A stretch of 64,000 nt of DNA, from positions 1 through 64,000 of the IMG/VR virus record IMGVR_UViG_3300013131_000038. The stretch is one strand, 5' to 3'. Positions 57,110 to 64,000 of the stretch are shown here, one piece after another. The stretch comes from an uncultured virus (IMG/VR IMGVR_UViG_3300013131_000038). Lineage: Duplodnaviria > Heunggongvirae > Uroviricota > Caudoviricetes. The position numbers and the translations under genes are program-made. The notes below the pieces were generated by a model that worked only from the letters and a program-made list of their open reading frames with translations, ran no database searches and was not told where the DNA came from. Positions within the stretch are counted from its first letter, which is position 1; the number at the start of each line of letters is the position of its first letter.

Positions 57110-58165
57110 ATGAAAACTGTACTCAACACAATTAATCTCGACTCGTTAAAGCAGCCGCTTTTCCTTGGAGAAGACTTGGCTATTCAACGGTACGACCGTT
57201 TGAAGTACCCGAAGTTTTACGAGCTTTACGACCAGCAGATCAACTTCTTTTGGCGACCCCAAGAGATCAATCTCACAAAAGATGCCGCCGATTACAAGAC
57301 TCTCTCACCAGAAGAGCGTTTTGTTTTCGATAGCAATCTTCGCTTCCAGACGATGACCGACTCGATGCTTAGTCGCAGCATCAACTCGCTGTCCGATTAT
57401 GTTTCGAACCCAGAGCTAGAAATCTGCATGAACGTTTGGTCGTTCTTCGAGACTGTACATAGCAATAGCTATACATACATTCTCCAGAATGTTCACCCCG
57501 ACGCGACCAAGTTCTTCGACTCGATTCTCGAAGACAAGGAGATCGTGAAGCGTGCTCAAGCCATCTCTAGCCGCTACGATGCTTTGCTTAACACGCGAAG
57601 CACCGATCCTAAGCAGCAGATTCTCGATGCCCTTATCGCTACACAAATTACCGAAGGCTTAACGTTCTACGTTTCGTTCGCGTGCTCGTTCTACTTTGGC
57701 TATCGCGGAAAGATGGAAGGCAACGCAAAAATTATTAATTTAATTTCTCGCGACGAGAACCTTCACGTTGCTATCACGCAAAATATCATTAAGATCTTGC
57801 GCGATCACCCGAGCGAAGGCTTCCAAGAGCTTCTCAAGAAGAACGAAGATCGAATCTACGAGGCTTACAGAATGGCAGTGGACGCAGAAAAGGAATGGGC
57901 CGATTATCTGTTCTCTAAGGGAAGCTTGATCGGTTTGACTGCCGACTCGTTGAAGCAATACGTTGAGTGGCTCGCGGATAACCGCTTGACATCAATGGGT
58001 TACAATAAAATTTATAACGCTAAGTCCAACCCACTCTCTGGCTGGCTTAATAGCTTCTACGACTCCAAGAAGGTTCAGGTTGCCCCGCAAGAAACGGAAA
58101 TCTCGTCCTACGTTAAAGGCGTAGATAACAAGATTGACGAATCCGTCTTCGATATTAAGTTTTAA
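57110..58165 (+). CDS. nrdB: Ribonucleotide reductase class Ia beta subunit
   Basis: FFWRPQE, DS, ETVHSNSY (radical Tyr), EG..FY.SF, RDENLH, APQETEI.SY. Confidence 0.97.
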   Translation: MKTVLNTINLDSLKQPLFLGEDLAIQRYDRLKYPKFYELYDQQINFFWRPQEINLTKDAADYKTLSPEERFVFDSNLRFQTMTDSMLSRSINSLSDYVSNPELEICMNVWSFFETVHSNSYTYILQNVHPDATKFFDSILEDKEIVKRAQAISSRYDALLNTRSTDPKQQILDALIATQITEGLTFYVSFACSFYFGYRGKMEGNAKIINLISRDENLHVAITQNIIKILRDHPSEGFQELLKKNEDRIYEAYRMAVDAEKEWADYLFSKGSLIGLTADSLKQYVEWLADNRLTSMGYNKIYNAKSNPLSGWLNSFYDSKKVQVAPQETEISSYVKGVDNKIDESVFDIKF

Positions 58166-61100
58166 GTGTCGAGGTAGAGAGTATCGGCGTTCAGATCGAC
58201 CCAACCTTTCGGCGTAAACTCAAGAACTACTTGTTCATTTGGTTTTACGACCGTTAAGGTTGGGGATTCTGCCGCTTCGCCACCGTCTCTATAAACAACG
58301 TAAACATCAGCAGCCTTACCGAACGCTGGCTTGTTTACGAACGTTACAGTATAACCAATTGGCGGATTCGATGGAATTTCAACCGTTGAATCGCTGATTG
58401 GCGTAACAATCTTAGTGTCATTCAGATCGTCTGGAGATAGCGTCAAATCAATCGTGCTTTCTAGCACAACGTAGCCTCCGCTGCCAGTTATTGTTTGACC
58501 GTTGTAAACGAACACAACGCCAGCTAGTCCAGACTTTGCGCCGATAGTCGTCCAGTTAACGGTTCCTTGAACCGTGATCTTGTAGCTCCTATTAACCATC
58601 AAGTTCGAGCCTGTGGCTTCGATTTGTGGTCTTTCTGCTGCATTTACTGGTGCAGGAGGACGCTTGCCATCAAGAATGTATTCGGTATAGGTAACTGCTG
58701 GTGGCTCGTCGGCTCTATCTTCCAGATAGCCGCTAACAACTGGGGACATTACGCCAGTGCCAAAGTCGTCTCTCGGCAGGAACTTGAAGTAGTACCATTG
58801 CTCGCGTTGAATCGTTGGCCCGCCAAGCTCAATAAGGTTCAAGTAAGAGCGGCTTGGGATAGGATAGATAGCGTGCAAGTTACTTCTCGTATCTGTGTCT
58901 GGAGTAAATGCTTCAGAACTACCAGTATAAATGTCTACCGAAAGAACGTCTTTGTTCGAAGATGCTGAGTAACAATAGAATTTAATCGCATTATAAGACA
59001 CGCGATCTTGAACGACGGAAACTGCAACGCCCGAGAAGCCAGTTTGGTTTGCGTTAGTGATGTCGGCAAAATCGGCAGTACCCAAAATATTACCCTTTGT
59101 TCTTGGAAGAGTTCTCGCCTCTTCATAACCGTAAGTTTCCCAATGCTCTCTTCCCCAAGCGTCTTTTGTCTTTGTGCCGCCTTGCAATACTTCCGACTCA
59201 TAAGCGTTCAGCAAATCGGGCCACTCGTTGACATAAGCTTCGTAGCTAGGATCGCCAAGACCAGAGTAGTTAATGTCGATACCATTTAGAGTAGCAACGC
59301 CAGCAGAGCTTAATCCTGTTGCAGACTTGAATGCTCCAGAGATATCTCTGAACGTGATTTCACGATCAGCATTCTCGCTTCTTAACAGATCTCCAGCACT
59401 TGCGCCAGCAGACCAATCTCTAATACCCGAGCCGCTAACGATATTGTTTTCCCCACTATTCCAAACTGCGACTCTTGTGAACGAAGAGTTCCCGTAGTAG
59501 CCCGAGAAAACATAATAGGGCGAGAACTGATAAGAGTCTACTACGTCAATTTGAGAGTATGCTGGAGCAACATTGTAAGCGTCGAAAGTTCCTGTAAATG
59601 GATTATTATTTACGTCTCTTACGACGACTCTTAGTCTATAGTTTCTTTGCGCAGGAGAATCGGTAGTCTTGATGTCTGCCGTTGTGCCGCGCATCGAGTA
59701 TTCTTGATTTTTCTCTTTTGTTAGCGTATACGAGAAGCCTTGATAGCCAGTATTGGATTCTAGTAAAGTTCCACCATCAGAGTATAGTTGAACAACGATA
59801 TTCGGAGCGTCTGGGAAGAACGGATTGTTTCTGAGAGAATCTGGTGAATTGATTCTGTCGCCAACGGGATCAACGTAAGACCAGCGGAACGTCAAATCTT
59901 TTGACGTGAAGTTCCCTTGCCCAACTCCCGAGAATGTTGCTCCGTAAGTAATGTTGTATCGCAAGCTTCCAGTATCCGCTGTATCAAGGTAGAAACCAGT
60001 GATCGCGACTCTATCTAACGATGTGCCGCCAATTGTTGCGGTGGACAATGGAAGAGCGACTGCGCTTATTGATGCTGAGTCTTCGGACAAGAATCGATAC
60101 GGCGTAGCTCCTTGAGCGTAGATATTGATATCGTACTGTCCCCAGTTTGAGTTAACTGGAATCGTGTAGTCGAGAGAAGACGTTGATACGGCTTCAGTAA
60201 TTGCTCCCGGTACTGAACTTGAGTAGTCTGGGCGGCTAATATAAAGCTTATAAAGTGGCGGCGAACTTGGAGAAGCTCCCCAGTTAACATAAATGCCAGT
60301 TGTGACGTTCGATTCATCTTTACGCAAAGTAGTTGTAACGGGCGTAGTTGGAGCCTGTGGCTTTACTACAAGGTCGTAAGGAGATTGAACGTAAAGGTTT
60401 GGCGAAGTGTCCGAGATGTCATTCTCGATAAAGTTTTCTTTATCTGGATAAAACTCGACGCCAGCTACCGAATAGTTATTCGCCTCTTCTTCTTTAACTG
60501 TTAGAGTCTTGTAAAGCTTTGGCTCAACACCAGAACCGCTCAACAGATAAATCGACCCATCTTCAATAAGATTAATCTTTGTTGGCAAGGTATCTACAGC
60601 TAGCGAATAGAAGCCTTTGCCATAGCCAGTTCCATAAACCAATCCGCTATAGCCAACACCATCAGTTTCGCTGAGAGTTCTGATATCTGACTGTCCGAGG
60701 GTTCCGCCTCCAACATAAACACTCAGCCCAAGCGCAGCAAACGCACCAGAAACGTGTGCGCTTGTTAAACTTGTCGTGATCGGAATCTTCGTGGAGCCAT
60801 AGAAATCCTTGGGGAAACCAATGGTTCTGTGGTCGTTAATTGTTCCGGCAATCCAGTACTTTGTCTCATCCGTAGCGAACGTTGCTGAAGACGTGTGGCC
60901 AGCCTTACAGCGGTAAATAACGCCAGAAACATTTACGATCTTATCTATATCATAATAAACGCTCGCTCTCCAGTCGTCATACTTAGAATTCGAACTGTTT
61001 CCAACATCAACATTTAAGAAAGTATAGTACGGAGTCATCTTGCTTAAAGCTAGAAGATCTCTGTAATTGAATCTAATCTTGCCAAAGTCATTGAGCGATT

Positions 61101-63867
61101 TTGATGCTCGCTCGACAATTCTTCCCGCTCCAGATGAAACTTTAACAAGAGCCGCTAAATAACCGAAAGAAGTTGAAACTGCCGAGACATCTTTGCCGAT
61201 CTTCTGAACTTCTGTTGGAGCATAGGCCGCGAGTTCAGAAGGAGTTGCTGCATTATTTGCAACAGCTGCATTGTTAGACACAATGATAACAACGTTGCCC
61301 GCAGTGCTCGCGGTTATATGCGCAGCCGCAGTAGCTAACGAGGACGACGTTGACGTTTGATTCACAAATGCTCCAGCAGTAGTTAACTGGATCGCAGTGA
61401 AAAATCCATTAGCTGCCGCTGTCCCAACTTGTGACCCATTGACCGTCACGGTTCCGTTCGTGCCGTCAACAGCACAAGACCAATTTGTTTCGTCGCCGAT
61501 TAATTGTCCCGTTCCCGCCGAGCCTTGAACGTCAATATCAATTTCATTTTCGAGCAACACACCAGAAACCGCTGCGAAGTTTAATGTTTCAAAACGAGGA
61601 TTTCCCGTTACAGTCGTGTTGTCTGGGAAAACATAAACCTCTCCTGTCAAAATAGTATCGCCAGTTGTTACGCCACCACCAGAAATTCTTCCTTCGATTG
61701 GGTACGTTTCAAAGATGCCAGATTTGAGCAAGAACTCGCCAGTGATTGTGATTCTCGATCCGTAAGTGTTACTACCGTCAACACCGTCAGCTACCGTATG
61801 AATGTTGTATCTCTGTAATTGACGCTGGCGTCTCGCTCTAATATTGTTGAGCGTGCCAGTAAATTGACCAGCAGAACCAGTTAAGTTATTAAGATCCGAT
61901 ACCGAATAATTCCCAGAAGGGACGTGGATATAAATACCCGAGTCAAGTCCGATAGTCGATGCAGTTCCTTGCTTAAACTCGCCATCGATAGTGACGACAT
62001 TAGTCGCTTCGTTAACATCTAAGATGCGCCCAAATGTTCTTGCAGTGTTCTTAACTTCGTCGCTGACCGAGAAGATATCGCCCGGTTGCAGGAACGCAGC
62101 CTCAACGCCGCCAACGAACGACACGATGTCAGACTCGAACATCGAAGAACACAAGACGTAGCGTCCAATTCTGCGAGCCTCTGAGCGTGAAGTGCAACCA
62201 GCAGCGTTGATTTTAAATGGATTTAAGCCGAACTTACGAATGCCGTCAACATCTTCAATATACTCTACCTTGGTTTTGTAACCATCATACTTATCGTTAT
62301 AAACGACTTCTACGGAAGTATATCTGACGTTTCGCGCCGTTTCGCTATACTCGAAAAGACCGTCTCGAACATTTGCATTCGAGAACTGCATAACAGGATC
62401 TTGTGGTCTATCGGCGTAAAAAGAGAAACCTTCCGTGTTCCAGTAAACGATGCCCTTAAATACGGCTGAGACATCGCGCAATACATTGTAAGCCTCGTCT
62501 TTATTGTAGAAGATGATGTTGTATGTGTAGCGTGGCTCTAAGCCACCTTTGCCGTCTGGAACGCCTCGAAAAATACCCTTATCATCTACAGCGTCACAAT
62601 ACCTACCGATATCGTAAAGCGTCCACTTGTCGAGTGACGAAAAGTCGATTTGGTTGCCCAAACCATAATTCGTATTCGTGATGATATCGTAAAGAACCCA
62701 AGCTGGATTATCGGTCCAGCCTAACTTGAACGTGCCATCCCAATCACCGTAGTAAACCTTGTTGCTATCGTAAAACTTATCGTCACAGAACTGCTGAAAA
62801 TCGATATCAGAGTCGTGGAGCATATTGAACGCACCACCATTTACTTTTGCCGAAAGTTCTCGGAATGTTCTAGTTCCAGAAGACGAAGCGTTGCTGTAGA
62901 AATAATAAAGCTGAACGCAGTTTTCAGTCGAGTATCTGAACAGAGCATCGTAAGTCGATTCGGTCATCGACTCTGGACTTGCTCCTCCGAAGAAAACAAC
63001 TTTTCTTACCGTGTTCGACCAAAGAGAGTCAACAACAACCGATTCAAGCTCTTTGCCCATTTCGCGATTCGATGCGTAGAGATTCTTTCTGATTAAATAT
63101 GAAACTGCTCCGACTTCACTATAAGCGGCAGAGACGGTGCTTTCTTGCAGTAGCGTATCGAGCTTAGTAAAAAGATTTTGATTGTTTTCTCCAGCAGAAT
63201 CTGGCGAGCGAACAGTTATGAACGATTCCGAATCGTAATATGAGAAGTTCGTTAGCGTTGGGCCATTGATGACGCTATAGCTGACGCTGCTATCCACTTT
63301 CCAAATTGCTGCCCTTACCGCAGTATAACCAGCGGTCATCTTCGCAATCATTTCTTTTAAATTCCGACGAATCAAAGCCTTATTCGCAAATGTCATATTC
63401 TTGTCTACGACAAAAATAATATCTAGATTATTTGGATTAGCCGGATAGTTTGCGCTTGGGTAAACATAACGACGGTCAAGACCGTTTCCGCCCAATGGAT
63501 AGTAATTGGACGGGATCTTAATCTTCTTCATTCGCACGTCGAATGCGCGTTCTGGAAAATTCGCAAAGGTTCGCGAATCAAACTTTACTCCAACGTGAGC
63601 TGTTAGCGGATAAGAGAAATTGCGATCAATAACTTCTGTGATACTATCTACATAAACTTCGCGCCTAACGAGCGGAGAAATAGTTTCTTCGCTGCGCTTT
63701 TCAATCTTGATGTAGCGATCTTTGCCATTTACTGATTCTGGTAAAACGATTTCATCAACTCCTTCAGATACATTCGTTGAATCAACTGACTTTTGAAAAG
63801 CCGTTTGGTTCGCGTCGATTGGATCTTCCGCTCCTCTTAAGAATCTAAATGGATTTAACATTTTCAT
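58162..63867 (-). CDS. Central tail fibre/host-specificity protein (lambda gpJ-like) with VWA-like insert
   Basis: YPLTAHVG..FD...F...P.R, KIPSNY, WDGTFK..WTDNPAW..YD....YGLG, D.W.LY.I..YCD, EPR, GCTSR..A.R.G, LQPGD. Confidence 0.88.
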   Translation of the reverse strand: MKMLNPFRFLRGAEDPIDANQTAFQKSVDSTNVSEGVDEIVLPESVNGKDRYIKIEKRSEETISPLVRREVYVDSITEVIDRNFSYPLTAHVGVKFDSRTFANFPERAFDVRMKKIKIPSNYYPLGGNGLDRRYVYPSANYPANPNNLDIIFVVDKNMTFANKALIRRNLKEMIAKMTAGYTAVRAAIWKVDSSVSYSVINGPTLTNFSYYDSESFITVRSPDSAGENNQNLFTKLDTLLQESTVSAAYSEVGAVSYLIRKNLYASNREMGKELESVVVDSLWSNTVRKVVFFGGASPESMTESTYDALFRYSTENCVQLYYFYSNASSSGTRTFRELSAKVNGGAFNMLHDSDIDFQQFCDDKFYDSNKVYYGDWDGTFKLGWTDNPAWVLYDIITNTNYGLGNQIDFSSLDKWTLYDIGRYCDAVDDKGIFRGVPDGKGGLEPRYTYNIIFYNKDEAYNVLRDVSAVFKGIVYWNTEGFSFYADRPQDPVMQFSNANVRDGLFEYSETARNVRYTSVEVVYNDKYDGYKTKVEYIEDVDGIRKFGLNPFKINAAGCTSRSEARRIGRYVLCSSMFESDIVSFVGGVEAAFLQPGDIFSVSDEVKNTARTFGRILDVNEATNVVTIDGEFKQGTASTIGLDSGIYIHVPSGNYSVSDLNNLTGSAGQFTGTLNNIRARRQRQLQRYNIHTVADGVDGSNTYGSRITITGEFLLKSGIFETYPIEGRISGGGVTTGDTILTGEVYVFPDNTTVTGNPRFETLNFAAVSGVLLENEIDIDVQGSAGTGQLIGDETNWSCAVDGTNGTVTVNGSQVGTAAANGFFTAIQLTTAGAFVNQTSTSSSLATAAAHITASTAGNVVIIVSNNAAVANNAATPSELAAYAPTEVQKIGKDVSAVSTSFGYLAALVKVSSGAGRIVERASKSLNDFGKIRFNYRDLLALSKMTPYYTFLNVDVGNSSNSKYDDWRASVYYDIDKIVNVSGVIYRCKAGHTSSATFATDETKYWIAGTINDHRTIGFPKDFYGSTKIPITTSLTSAHVSGAFAALGLSVYVGGGTLGQSDIRTLSETDGVGYSGLVYGTGYGKGFYSLAVDTLPTKINLIEDGSIYLLSGSGVEPKLYKTLTVKEEEANNYSVAGVEFYPDKENFIENDISDTSPNLYVQSPYDLVVKPQAPTTPVTTTLRKDESNVTTGIYVNWGASPSSPPLYKLYISRPDYSSSVPGAITEAVSTSSLDYTIPVNSNWGQYDINIYAQGATPYRFLSEDSASISAVALPLSTATIGGTSLDRVAITGFYLDTADTGSLRYNITYGATFSGVGQGNFTSKDLTFRWSYVDPVGDRINSPDSLRNNPFFPDAPNIVVQLYSDGGTLLESNTGYQGFSYTLTKEKNQEYSMRGTTADIKTTDSPAQRNYRLRVVVRDVNNNPFTGTFDAYNVAPAYSQIDVVDSYQFSPYYVFSGYYGNSSFTRVAVWNSGENNIVSGSGIRDWSAGASAGDLLRSENADREITFRDISGAFKSATGLSSAGVATLNGIDINYSGLGDPSYEAYVNEWPDLLNAYESEVLQGGTKTKDAWGREHWETYGYEEARTLPRTKGNILGTADFADITNANQTGFSGVAVSVVQDRVSYNAIKFYCYSASSNKDVLSVDIYTGSSEAFTPDTDTRSNLHAIYPIPSRSYLNLIELGGPTIQREQWYYFKFLPRDDFGTGVMSPVVSGYLEDRADEPPAVTYTEYILDGKRPPAPVNAAERPQIEATGSNLMVNRSYKITVQGTVNWTTIGAKSGLAGVVFVYNGQTITGSGGYVVLESTIDLTLSPDDLNDTKIVTPISDSTVEIPSNPPIGYTVTFVNKPAFGKAADVYVVYRDGGEAAESPTLTVVKPNEQVVLEFTPKGWVDLNADTLYLDT

Positions 63868-63883
63868 CTACTAGTAAATATTA

Positions 63884-64000
63884 TTATGTAATCGAGAATG
63901 TTCTAACCCCATCTGTGCCACCAGTTAACTTTGTTAAGCCCTTTGGCGATTGGGCGTTGATATAAACAGTATGTGTTCCCGTAGCGAGCTTCGAAGTCAC
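63884..64000 (-). CDS. 3' end of upstream tail protein (partial)
   Basis: Open frame VTSKLATGTHTVYINAQSPKGL...FSIT* ending 16 nt before the gpJ-like ATG. Confidence 0.55.
   Translation of the reverse strand: MTSKLATGTHTVYINAQSPKGLTKLTGGTDGVRTFSIT

Noticed and set aside
1..64000. Stop-codon reassignment
   Set aside because: Genes are full-length and tightly packed in the standard code, and TAA, TAG and TGA all end genes.
1..64000. Bacterial chromosome or integrated prophage
   Set aside because: Housekeeping-like genes are interleaved with tail genes throughout. No integrase, att site, rRNA or ribosomal protein genes were seen.

Overview
This 64 kb window comes from a large tailed dsDNA bacteriophage. 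It uses the standard genetic code and shows no tRNA, CRISPR, integrase or reverse transcriptase. All calls come from reading motifs by eye, with no database search. From left to right it contains: (1) the end of a frameshifted RCC1-repeat protein and a 7-gene coupled modification operon (two 2OG-Fe(II) oxygenases, methyltransferase, two glycosyltransferases, sulfotransferase, Cys-cluster protein); (2) a tail module with three tail-tube-like paralogs, a 2191-aa tape measure protein, a gpM-like protein and an FN3/repeat tail fibre; (3) Hsp20, GT4, SSB, a sigma factor and dUTPase; (4) a hairpin plus G-rich tract at a strand switch (origin candidate); (5) a holin-like gene and an orphan chemoreceptor-type sensor; (6) guaC, a second glyco-cluster (FkbM, GT9, gmd, GT90) and thyX; (7) a replication block (RecA, DnaB, primase, nucleases, DnaE split into three genes); (8) ClpC plus a kinase-like gene, a split GT4/GT9 pair, nrdAB and a gpJ-like tail tip protein. 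The best novelty candidates are: apparent enzyme cargo (a P-loop domain and a PD-(D/E)xK-like domain) inside the tape measure protein, bounded by repeated GG(Y/F)(V/I)PNF(A/V) motifs; a dispersed glycosylation/sulfation toolkit alongside S/T-G-rich virion proteins; a recurrent TGTAAA promoter-like motif together with a phage sigma factor; and a sigma-54 promoter in front of hsp20.
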